A DNA stretch of 64,000 nucleotides from Cycas panzhihuaensis. Its lineage: Eukaryota; Plantae; Cycadophyta. This document shows, one piece after another, positions 41,150-53,335 of this stretch. The position numbers were made by a program, and so were the translations under genes. Within the stretch, counting starts at the first letter, position 1, and each line of letters opens with the position of its first letter. The stretch is from assembly GCA_023213395.1 (NCBI GenBank), contig CM041465.1, positions 161,951,741 to 162,015,740 on the forward strand. The letters are read 5' to 3'. The notes under the pieces are model-generated. The model searched no databases, had not been told where the DNA came from, and worked only from the letters and a program-made list of their open reading frames with translations.

Positions 41150-44100
41150 ATGATAGCACCACCAAACCACTCCAAATGCCTTTTCTCCTTGGAAACATGG
41201 TTCCTTTCCATGTAGGACATGCATAAACATGATACAACCAAGCTATTAATGGACCTTACCAATCTAACCAAAGAGGTTATAACTATGTATATTTAACTCT
41301 CCAACTTTATCTCCACAACTAGCGTAAACTCTATAAACACCTCACAAGGTGGAATGCCACCACCCCAGTCTCCATGTTAGTAAACATCTAATCACAAGAT
41401 CAATATACTTATTTCGACTCAAAGATTAATAAATATCTAGCTCGTAATTGGATTAGTAAATTGGATTCATATTTTGTACTCAATCATATATTCTAAGTTG
41501 ATTAGTTGACATTTACCTCCACCCACTTTAAAGGAAAAGCTCATCATTAGTATAAGTGGTGGACTTAAGAGTGTCTAAGAAATCAAACATAAGACCAATT
41601 TTACAAATGCTTCTTTGAGTAATATTAAGAAACATGGAACCAATTCTTTTTTAGCCAACTTACTTGCTTAAGATAATCAACATCGATAGAAGTATATACA
41701 AATGAGTTCCAAGCTATTCATAATCGAGTTACCTAGAATCTAGATAAATAAACATTGATTAAAATATATATAGTTGTCTCAAAGAGAGGATCTAAATGAG
41801 ATTAAAGACCAACAAACCTCCTAGTCTCAAAGATGTTATTAATTTAGCCAAGGTAATTAAAGCCAAGTTTATAATAGAGCAAGCATCTAGGTTTAGAAGA
41901 GACTTAATATGGTTCAACCACCCAAGGCCATTAGATCTATATAAGCCCTTGAGGTTTCGAGTAGAGGACCCTCAATGACAACCAATAGATTGATCAACAA
42001 AATGACTAGTAATAGAATACTTATTAACACAAGTATAGATACCCACATCTAAGGTACATAGGTACAAGAAGTTGATCTATGCTCCTAGTATAGAGAAAAA
42101 CGGTTCCCCTGATGTGGTAAAGTATATAAGGCAAAACAAGTAGTACCATCAACCTCAATTCTAAATTTAAAGATGAACCACTATTGGAATCCTCCCTACC
42201 ACTTAAACCTAAACCTGAAGCATCTTTATCTACTATTTCCTCTTCTACTTGCCCTGACCCATTACGAGGAAAAGGGACTCTAAGGAAGACTCCTATTATA
42301 ATTTTGATTAATGATAGTGCTTTATTAAATTTCATGGACATCATAGTAGCCACATAATTAAACCTTGATATTGAGCCAAAATCAAATTTTAATTGCTCTT
42401 TACTGGGCCACTACACCCTTCATTACATAAGCATTATTTGAAACCTCTAAGCTCAAATTGGTACATATCATCTCATGTCATATTTTTATGTTTTATCTAT
42501 TGGGGGATTATATGCCATCTTAGGAGTCCAATGGCTCTAAACATTAGGCATTTATAATACTAATAACTCCCTAAACATTACTTTAAGAATGTTTGGAAAT
42601 TTATCTAGGCCTAATTTGATATAGAGTGGGTGTTCCTTAGAACACTCAAAGAATGGGTGATAGCTTGAAAAAGCCCCTTCAAGAGCAGGATCTTGGCACA
42701 TATTTGGCAAATTTCTATGCCTATATTGATGTGGAACTTATGGAAGGAGAGAAATAGAAGAATATTTTAGGAGAAACATATGGATGAAGTTAGGCTCCAT
42801 GGGGTCATCTGTGCTACTATCGTGGAGATAGTTAATGTCAAAGAAGAGAAATTTATATTGAAATTGAAAGGTGTTGTATTGGAGAATTGGGGGATAAAGA
42901 GGCCCAAAGTGACCATGGGAATGAGAAGACAATGCACCTAGGTTCCTCCCCTAAAAATTTGGGTGAAAATTAATTTTGATGGGGTGGATAAAGGAAATCT
43001 AGACGAGCTAAGAAGAGGTGGTATTTACAAAGATTTAAAAGGGGGAGTCAAGTGGGCTTTCATGGAGTATTACAAGTGGCAAACAAACCATAGGGCAGAG
43101 TTGGTAACTATGCAGAGGGTGATGGATATGGCCTTTGAGGAAGGTTATGATAGGGTGATTATAGAAGGGGATTTGTTAAACATGATAAATATGCTCAGAG
43201 GAGAGGTAGAGCCTGATGAGGAAAATGCAACTATAATTAGAGATGGCCAAGATACCCTTAAGGGTAGAGAGAGTGCTCAGGTGCAACACACTTATAAAGA
43301 AGAGAATACGGTAGTTGATACATTAGCAAACTAGGGGGTAATGTATGAGGAATTAGGTATGGAAAGAGGAAGTTTTAGAAGAGATTTTGAGTCTGATTAA
43401 GAAAGATATAGAAGTTATTTCCCATGAGGAGGATCATAGCTAGCCACTAGGCTTGTCATGGCAGGGATGGGTTAGATAAGATTTGGGAAGGTAGAGGATA
43501 GTTAGGCCATAGGCTTGTCATGGAAGATCTATTAGCCAAGATGCAACTTATGTAATAGGGTTGGGGCCCTTTCTAAACCCCCTCATTTATATCATATCAA
43601 AAAAAAAAAAAAAAACTCTCCAAATATTCCATTTATAATATTTAAAGATTAGTATGGCCAAACTCATCAATTTTATGGTCTCTAATCACCACCAAATAAA
43701 CTTATTTCCCTAACCAGATGAACAAGTAACTCAAGAGTAGCATTGGATATATTACCTATCTCAATAGCATTCAACTACAATCCAAAATCCATATAGATAT
43801 CTAATCCATTCTAACTAAATACTAATTTATCTTTACCCCTATACCTAGTGGCCTTCCCCCAGATTATAGACTCTACCATACTATAAAACTCAAGAACCCC
43901 CATAACCCCATCAACTTATATTTATACTAAAATGTTTACTTCCAAAAGAATGATATTGAGTGCATCATTAACAAACTCATAAATATAACAATAATACAGC
44001 CTAGTAAAAGCCCTTATATAACCCTTATTATACTAGTTCAAAAAAAAGATGGTCCTTTTTAACTTTGTGTCAATTATAAGAAACTCAACAAACTGGCCAT

Positions 44101-46580
44101 TAAGAATAAGTTTTGCACCCTCTAGATTGATGATATGTTAGATGAGATCCATGGGGCTATAATTTTTTCTAAATTAGACTTATAATATAGTTATTATCAA
44201 ATACCAATAACCCCTATAGATAAGTATAAAATGACTTCTCAAGCCTATTATAGCTATTTCAAATTTTAGATCATGTCATTTGGGTTACATAATGCCCCTG
44301 CCACCTTCTAAGCCCTCATGAATAAAATTTTTATACCTTATCTTTAAAAGATCATTATTATCTTCTTTGATGATATACTCATTTATAGTGTTGATATATC
44401 CTTACATCTCTAACATTTGGAAATCACCCTTTAAATCCTTGTACAAAACTAATTATATACCAAGATATCCAAAAGCATATTTGGCAAAACTAAACTATAG
44501 TACTTAGCTCACATCATATCCAAAGCAAGAGTATGAATCAACTGAGATAAAATATTGATCATTACCTAATGGCCCACACTTAAGAATCTCACCTAATTAC
44601 AAACCTTCCTTGGACTAACTGGTTTTTATCATTTTTTCATTAAAAATTACACCTCCATAGTAGCTCCCTTAAAAAGTTTACTTCACAAGGACTCCTACCA
44701 GTATTCACAAAGCATTGATTATGCTTTCAACCTTTTGAAAATACTCATAACAACCACATTAGTCCTCTCCACCTTAGATTTTTTCCAACCTTCTCAATTA
44801 GAATATGATGCTTCAAGTGTTAGATTAAGGGTTATCCTCATGCAAAATTTCCACCCTATTACCTTTGAAAGTTGTAACCTTAAAGAGCATAAGTGTAGGC
44901 TATCAACCTATCAAAAAGAAACTAAGGCCATTCTACATATATTAGATAAGTGACACCATTATTTGCTTGGATCTAAATTTACTATTTTGACCAATCACCA
45001 TAGTCTCTAATGCCTATTAGACCAATTAGTTCTGTCTAAGGAACGAGCCAAGTGGGTTGATAGATTACAGATCTTTAACTTCACTATTTCATAGAAGAAG
45101 GAAAAGGATAACATTGTTGTAAATGCCCTTTCTCAACTCCCATCTAAACCTACCATCTTGGTTATCTCTATGCCCCAACCTTCCTGGCTATAAGACTTAG
45201 TTGAGGACAACAAATCCCAACCTAATTTTATTACATAAGCTAATAAAGTTCATAATCATAAGGATTAGACTCTCCATAATAATTACATCCTCTATCAAAA
45301 CTATATTTTTGTCCACTTGACATCGTTATTTATTCCTCTATATCTTATCCAAGTATAATAACTCTCCCCTTAGTGATCATTCAAAATTTAACAAAACATA
45401 TTGTTGGATTTGCTTAGATTTCTACTAGCCCCATATAAAGCTTATCATCCTCATGTGTGTATATGAATGTGATATATACCAACATAATAAAGTGGACATT
45501 AAGGCCTAACTAGGCTTACTTCAACCTCTAAAATATTTACAAGGAAAATAGTAAGACATTGCTATGGACTTTATCATTGGGCTCCCATTATTAGCTAGGT
45601 ATGATTCTATTTAGGTCATCATAGATTGCTTAACCAAATATGCTCATTTTATACCTATCCATATTACCTATAAAAACCCTCATTTACCTATATCTAATTC
45701 ATCTTTTTCCTTTATGTCTTTCTGTCCATAATTATATCAAACAAATATCCTAAATATACTAGCATAGTAAGATCTCTTCCCAAGTATCAAGAGCATATTT
45801 CAATATGAGCTCAGCATATCACCCTTAAACAGATGGTCAGTCTGAAATTCTTAATAAAATTATGGAGATATACCCATGTTGCTTTATCTTAGAACATCAA
45901 ATATGTTGGACTTCTCAGCTACCCTTAGTAGAATATTAATATAACTCCTCTTATCAATCTATCATTAGGATGATCCCATTTATGGCCCTTTACAGTTATC
46001 TCCCACTATCCTGTCATACCTTGGCCACTAATATTGGTACTATTAGGGTTCAATAAAAACTATAGGATATGGATTAAATCCTTCATACACTTAAGTAAAA
46101 CCTAATAACTAAATAAAATAGTATAAAGCTGTCAGTTGATCATCATCGGTCTGATTAATCTTTTGAAGTAGGTAATTTAGTATTCCTTCACCTTTAACCT
46201 TATAAGCAATAATCCCTTTATAATAATAAATCCCACAATCTCAATCCCTATTATTATGGCCCCTATAAAGTCACCCAATAGATTGACATAATAGCATATG
46301 CCCTTGACTTTCCCCCTATTACTAAGATCCATAACATTTTCCATGTATCTTGCCTGAAAAAATACATGGGAAAATTCATCACCACCCAAACAACCTTCCT
46401 TACCTATTAAGAAGAAATCCACACAGTTCCCCTCATGTATATCTCAAACACCTATTAATTCCATCTCTAAAATAGATCTATTTTTTAGCATCTAGTATAG
46501 TGGGTTGGTTGTTAACCTAATGAAGCAATGTGGGAATTAGAAGACTTTATTAATAGTATCCATATCTTCAACATTTTGAG
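41150..46580 (+). pseudogene. gag-pol of element G, interrupted by a LINE
   Basis: HFKGKAHH gag, ILGVQWL protease end, FGLHNAPATF and FFDDILIYS reverse transcriptase, EYDAS RNase H, DIAMDFI and HP*TDGQSE integrase. Confidence 0.9.
42580..43613 (+). mobile_element. 5'-truncated L1-clade LINE with an RNase H domain (older copy)
   Basis: WVKINFDG...NHRAE...IIEGD...HTYKEENTVVDTLAN RNase H-like domain, poly(A) from 43599, and a ~15-bp TSD aactccctaaacatt (42565-42579) / aactctccaaatatt (43614-43628). Confidence 0.9.
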
Positions 46581-47011
46581 GACTCAACATCTCAAAGGGG
46601 GGACTTGTTAAGTAACCTCCAAAGGTTAGCAGCACATAAGCATCTGATTGCATGGTTAAGGTGAAGAAGGTTAATGTCAATTATTAATTTATATTTATGG
46701 GCCACATATCTCCACTAGTGAGATTAAAGACTACATGGTCCACCAATAGGGTGCTAAGAAAAAGTGGCAACTTTTATCTACTTAAGTCCAAACATTTGTA
46801 AAGAGATATTTTATATCATAATCTTTTCTTGGGAGATTATACTTATGTACATCTTCTTTTTTGGTATCCTTTAAGCTTTCTTATACTTATTCTTATACTG
46901 TAGATGTAATTTGAGTTATTTTAGTGATAAATAAAGATCTATTGAGTTCTCTTTTCTCTTATAATCTTTTCATTAGAGTGAAAAGTTATGGGTTGGGTTC
47001 ATATCAGTTTA

Positions 47012-47457
47012 GATGATCAAGGGAAACTAATAGTAATATAATAGAACAATATCACAACTTGTATGCAGCAAATTTCTACTATGTAAGTAAAGAAGTGGAT
47101 AAAAAAAGGTTGTAAGGCATATGCAACACATATGACCAAAGAATAAACCTATAAAGGACTAATTCTTAAGGATCTTCCCATTGTATGGGAGTTTAAGGAT
47201 GTCTTTCCAAATGAATTGCTTGGGCTACCTCTAAAGAGGGATGTAGATTATGTTATAGAGCTTTACCTTGAGCAAGGCTAATTTTCAAAGCTACATATAA
47301 ACTAGCCATAACTGAGTTAGCTAAATTAAAAATGTAGCTATAAGAGCTACTACATAAAGGATTTATCAAACCAAGTACTTCAGCATGGGGAGATCTACTA
47401 CTATTTATGAAGAAGAAGCATGGATTTCTTAAGTTATATATTAATTATAGACAATTA
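47012..47457 (+). pseudogene. Tekay pol fragment (reverse transcriptase N-terminus)
   Basis: EFKDVFPNELLGLP..RDVDYVIEL, GFIKPSTSAWG, LYINYRQL. Confidence 0.9.
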
Positions 47458-47747
47458 TGTTAGAAACCATAAACAAATAGATTATTTATGTACACAACAA
47501 GCATGAAATAAATAAGCACATAAAGCAAAATTGATGTGGAAAACCTTTTGGTAAAGACCTACCATAATTATTAATTATATTAATACAAAAATGTAATATA
47601 TAAAGGACTTTGAATCCCTTTAAATAAATCCATAAGTGCCCCACATATCACATATGTCAGCCCATATAATAATAAATTATATTACAAATATTCACACAAT
47701 ATATTTGCCACATTAACATTCTTCAGGTTAAGATACCACTCTAACAT

Positions 47748-49586
47748 TCTTATGGTCTGAGGCAGAGGACAAAGATAGGATACACCTGGTGAGCTGGAAT
47801 AAAGTCTGTTCTCTGAAATGGACTGGTGGCCTTAATTTGAGATCCCAACTTTTAATGTTGCTCTCAGGGATAAATTGGGTTGGCATCTCGTCAAGGGGTG
47901 AGAGACTGTGGGAGAAGATTCTCAAATGGAAATATCTTCAAGGTGGTTCTCTCAATGAAAACCTTCCTTCCCCGGTTGGCTCAACCGTATGGAGAAGTAC
48001 CCTTAAAGCTTGGAATTCCATCAAAGAAGGGCTAAAATGGAGACTGGGTGACGGAAGCAACATTAAGTTCTAGGAAGATGCATGGTGTTGTGATAAGGCC
48101 TTAAAACTATTCCCAGACCTTGTCCCTATACAAGATCCCTGCGTGCGGATATATGGCTCCCTAGTGAAGGAGTATTGGACAGGGACATGGAGAGATAGAA
48201 GATGGAGAAACTTTGAGGAATTCCAGGGGGACCAGCTTCTTCAGGATGGCCTTTCCAAAATCAAAAGGATTCTAGACAAAAGTTATATTCCAAGGATGCC
48301 CTCCCCAGACACTATCGTATGGCCCTTAAGCCCATCTGGGGAATATGCTGCCAAATAGGGTTACCATTTCTTATGCTTGGTAAGAGAAGACCAAAAGAAT
48401 GAATTACTAGAAGGCGTATGGAAGCTCTCACTTATCCCTAAGATTACAATTTTTTGGGGGATTTGTTTAAGGAATAAAATTCTTACTGTGGATAACCTCA
48501 AAAAGATAGGCTTCCATATGACTAATAGATGTATCCTATGCTGCAAAAGAGAAGAATCCTTGGACCACATTCTATTTGGATGCCCATATTCGAGAGTGGT
48601 ATGGGGGATGCTACTAGACAAACTAGAGGTGTGTTGGACCTTTTCTGAAAAGGTAGTCAACCAATGGTCTGCTTGGCAAAGCCCATTCAAAAGCAACGTC
48701 TTAAGTAGTATTTGGAAGAGTGCATTTCTGATACTATCGTGGAACATATGGAAGGAAAGAAACAGAAGAATCTTCCAGGGGAGCCAGATGGGCCAGTATG
48801 CTATCTTCAGAAAAATCTCCATGGATATTAGGAAAAATTTTAGAAACATTAAGGAGAAACACACCACCGTGACAAAAAATAGGATCCTATTAAAGTGGGG
48901 TATTGAGCCAGTATATGAGGCTGCTAAGGTAAGATTTAGTCATTGGCTACCTCCTAAGGAATCTTGGTTAAAAATCAATTTTAACGGTGCATCAAAAGGG
49001 AACCCAGTAGAAGCAGGGGGAGGGGGTATATGTAGAGACAACCTTGGAAATCCTATATGGGCCTTCGCAGACTATTATAACCACCAAATGAACCACTTTG
49101 TGGAAATGAATGCCATGCTTAAAGCCATTGGCTTAGCCCTTGTTGGAGGTTCCAGGCGATTAGAAATTGAGAGGGACTCAGAGATGGTTATCAATTCGCT
49201 GAAAGACTCAGCCATCTCGGATTGGAGATTTCAGACCATGATCAATGACGTTAAGGAGAGTCTTAAGGGGTTGGAAGATGTTCAGATAAAGCACATGTTA
49301 AGAGAGGGAAACAAAGTAGTTGATTATTTGGCAAACTAGGGGATTAGGTAAAAGGAAGACACCATTTGGAGATATGACTTTCCTAAGGATCTCATAGTTC
49401 TGGCTGAGAAGGATAGGATCTGAGATAGCTAGCCATGGGGCTTATCCTAGCAAAATTGTTTCTTTGCCTAGACCGTGGGGATGTCACGATCATCTATGAC
49501 TAGGAAGCTTAAAGATTATTGATGTACTAGGTTATGGGACCCTGTTTCAAACCCACTTATAATTCATTTTTACCTTATCAAAAAAA
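47748..49586 (+). mobile_element. 5'-truncated L1-clade LINE (younger copy)
   Basis: Perfect 18-bp TSD aagataccactctaacat (47730-47747 / 49587-49604), short poly(A), and ORF2 C-terminal motifs (HLVSWNKVC..GGL, WRLGDGSNIKF). Confidence 0.96.
48377..49339 (+). pseudogene. LINE ORF2 C-terminus: RT-associated zinc finger (zf-RVT) plus RNase H-like domain
   Basis: CILCCKREESLDHILFGC, WNIWKERNRRIF, WLKINFNGASKGNP...ERDS...HMLREGNKVVDYLAN; open for 320 codons. Confidence 0.92.
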
Positions 49587-49699
49587 AAGATACCACTCTA
49601 ACATCCCCCCTTAATATAAATGTTAGGTCTTAAAGTCTTTCCAAGGGCTAGACTATCCTTTGTTTTTATCCTTATTGATATATCCCCCCTCTAGAATAA

Positions 49700-52600
49700 C
49701 TTCACTAAGTCCCAAATTTGCACGAATCTTGATGAAGTAGTCTTTAGTAAGAGCTTTGGTGAATATGTTTATAAGTTATTATTCACTTAGATAAAATTTA
49801 ATCTATAACTTCCCTAATCTAATCTACTCAATGATGTAATGGTGTTGGATCTTAATATGCTTCGTACATGTGTGAATTTCTATATTCTTTAAAAGTTGAA
49901 TAACACTCTGATTATTAATATATATAGTAGGTTTTCTATAAGATGTCCCAAGAGTCTCCAAAAGTCCCTGTAACCATACAACTTCCCTCATATCTACACT
50001 TAGTCCTTGGTATTCAACCTTTGTAGAAGACAATACAATGGTGATTTACTTTTTGAATTGCCATGATACTAACTCATTGCTAATACTAAAAATGTATCCT
50101 ATAGTTGATTTCCTATCTTTTGCATCTCCACCTTAATCTGCATTAGTATATGCATGTAAGTTTGCCTCTCCACCATGAAGGTATTCAAGGCCAAAATTAA
50201 GTGTTCCTTTAATATACCTTAGAATCCTCTTTGCAATAACCTAATGAGGTTCTTGGGGACTCTACATGTAATGAGATACTAATCCAATAGCATAAGTAAT
50301 ATTGGACCTCGTATGAGTTAAGTAAATCAAACTCCCTACTAATTGTCAATATAAAGTCCCATCTACAATAGGCTTATTCGTATCTTTTAAGAGCTTTATG
50401 CCCTTTACACATGGTGTCTTTGTTGATTTGTAACCCTTCATCTCAAATCTCTTAAGCAAGTTTTTAGTATACCTCAAGTGTGATGTCATGATGCAATCAT
50501 CCATCTTCCTAACCTTAATGCCCAAGAAGTAATGAAGTTGTTTGAGATCTATCATATTGAAAGTATATCCTTAATAGGACTTTATAGTTACAATAGTCTT
50601 ATTACAATTGTTTGTAATAATAAGGTCATCAACATACAACTTAATAACAACTAATATAGTATTATTCTTTTAAATATAAAGATTTAACTCTAATTTTGTT
50701 GTCATAAAATCACCATCATTCAATTTAGCATCTATCTTATCATATTAAGCATGAGGTACTTATTTTAGGCTATAAAGAGATTTCTTCGAGTGACATACTA
50801 AATGCTCCTATCTTTCCTTTACGAAACCAAGAGGTTGAGCCATATAGATATCTTCTTTTAAGTCTGTGTTAAGGAATGCTAACTTCACATCTATCTAGTA
50901 TAACTCCCAACCACATGTAGCTATTAAAGTAAGGATCAATTAGACTATTATCATCTTGGAGACTAGTGAAAATGTCTTCTCATAGTCAATTCCTTCTTTC
51001 TATTTGAAACCCTAGGTAATAAGTTTAGCCTTATATTTATCTACCTCTCTATTAGAGTGAAACTTTATCTTATAGATCCACTTGCAACCAACCAAGTTCT
51101 TGAATAGAGGTAAAGGAACCAAATCCCATATATCATTCTTTATGATTGAACTATACTCATCCTCCATTACGACTCTCTAACATAAATCTTCTTTCACTTT
51201 TTCATATGAAATAGGACCATTAGAATCGTTGGTGTCTACTACCAAAGTTTGACTAGCATGTTGATTTCTTATTTTTTGTCCATCTTCAAGATCTTCCACC
51301 ATCATATTAGATTCCTCAATAGTCCTCCTAACCCATAATAGAACATACAATGTTGTACATATCCCCTCTTATGATAGCTCCTCATTATTACTCCCACTTA
51401 GTCTTACTTTCATATCTAACATAATGCTAGGCTCCTGAACCTTTACACCTATTAAAACACAATTCAAAAATGGAAAAAATAGAGAATAAAATCTATTTTC
51501 AAATGACCTTCATCATGGTATATCATTGACTCATCAAACTTAATATCTTAACTAATTAAAAGTTTCTTCCCCTGTGGATCCTAAAGTTTGTAAGCCTTAT
51601 TCTCTTATGAGTCCCCCATAAAAATACACTTTAAACTCTTACAATCTAACTTCTTTTGATGTATACTTAAGATGTGTGCATATGCAATGTACCTAAATAC
51701 CTTGAAATAATTAATGAAAGGTTTCTATCTAGTCCAATACTCTTCAAAGGTAATACCATAAATAGGTTTTGTAGGTACCCTATTTACAATATAAATAGTT
51801 GTCATAATAACTTCTTCCCAAAACATTAGCGAAAGATTCTTTGCATATACCATACACCTCACAATCTCCATCATGGTATCATTCTTCCTCTCTATAACAT
51901 AATTTTGTTATGGGGTATATAGGATAGTTAAATTCTATTTGATACCATGATCAAGGCAAAACTAATTAAAGGTATTATTGTCATACTCTTTTCTATTATC
52001 ACTCCTCAAAATCTTTATTTTCTTATCACACTCATTCTCTACACTAACTTTTTACTTATAAAAATATTTAAATGCTTTAGATTTATTTTTCAAAAATAAG
52101 ACCTAGGTATTCCTACTATAATCATCCATAAATACAAGGATAAATCAAGCACCTAATATAGAAGGATTTGATAGTGGTCTAATTAAGTAAGTATCTATAA
52201 GTTCTAACTTCTCCTTTGCTCTCTAAGCATAATCCTTAGCAAATGGATAATGATGGTACTTTCTATACATACACCCTTCACAAATGCCTTCTAAACATGG
52301 AACTAGTGGTAAACTTACCACCATCTTTAACTTATTCATAAGGTTAATGCTCTTATAGTTAAGATATCCCAAACTCTTATACCATAACTTATTCATATCA
52401 TCAACACTAGCAAAAAAATATATAAGAATCCTTTTGGGCTCTAAATTTCTCAAACACCCAAAAGTTATCTTATACTCTCTCAATTATAATAATAGAGAAG
52501 TTCTTATTAGGATCCTTAACTATATATCTATTATTATAAAGTTCAATTTTCATACTTTATTTGTAGATTTTTTGAGTAGAAAGAAGATTAAGTTTCATCT

Positions 52601-53190
52601 TTAGCATATAGTAAACCCCATTGAACTTACCTCTTATAAGTAAATCAAAACTAATACCTTCTATAAGAAATACACGAGCATCTATAAGAATCATATTAGT
52701 ATCACTCAAACTTGCATCCAAGGCATCAAAGTTTCACTTTTTATAGGTGATATATTTCTATGTACTAGAGTTTAGGATCTAATAGTCTTTTTAATTTGAC
52801 TAAGCTAGCAATGTCGATACCCTAATATAATATATTGCTACACTCTTTCCCTTGTCATCTTGGTTAGCCTTATACTTATCTTACTTTTTAAACTAATAAT
52901 TCTTTTCTTTATGGCCCTCTTTCTTGTAATAATTACACTTATACATAAATTTCTTTTTGTCCTAAGATGTCTCACATGTTTTCTATATGGACTTACCCTC
53001 TTGAATAATATCCTTCCTTTGTGTCTTCATAACTAAATCTTAATTTAAATTTGAACTAGTAGGCATTCCATAATGCTTCAACTTGGTATCCTCTACTAGA
53101 ATCAAATTTTTCAATGACTAAAATTATTCATCCTCTATAACTTCATCCCTAACATAAATAGTTTAGAAGGTTCTAAATACAATTGGTAGC
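49700..53190 (-). pseudogene. Copia gag (partial) and pol of element H
   Basis: Minus-strand ORFs 52223-52483 (integrase Zn finger), 50346-50555 (RT) and 49824-50033 (RNase H) match A and E. Confidence 0.9.
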
Positions 53191-53335
53191 TCCCCTTAAA
53201 TAGATCTATAAGTGTCTTACATATTATATCTGTTGGTTCACATAATAATAAATTACATTATAAATATCTACATAATATTTTTTCCATATTAACATTAGTC
53301 ATGTTAAGTGGTTAAGATACCATTTTAATAAATTA

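Larger units (their letters stand above)
39100..47006 (+). mobile_element. Short-LTR chromovirus (Reina/Galadriel-like Ty3/gypsy) element G
   Basis: 401-bp LTRs at 39100-39500 and 46606-47006, PBS tggtatcagag at 39503, PPT aaaggggggac, TSD gtttg/gttta. Order gag-PR-RT-RH-IN, with chromodomain-like HLV*WVG..NEAMWE at about 46490-46545. Confidence 0.93.
47458..53330 (-). mobile_element. Ty1/copia element H (lineage of A and E), internally deleted, inserted in the Tekay RT
   Basis: 3' LTR 47458-47746, reverse-complement PPT tccccccttaa at about 49604, 5' LTR remnant 53191-53330, perfect TSD aatta (47453-47457 / 53331-53335). Minus-strand pol is colinear with A and E. Confidence 0.93.

Noticed and set aside
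48361-48867. 168-aa antisense ORF
   Set aside because: Shadow frame of LINE ORF2 with no independent motifs.
48377-49339. Host RNase H-domain gene
   Set aside because: It lies inside a 5'-truncated LINE with poly(A) and TSD, upstream ORF2 has stops, and the first catalytic Asp is Asn.
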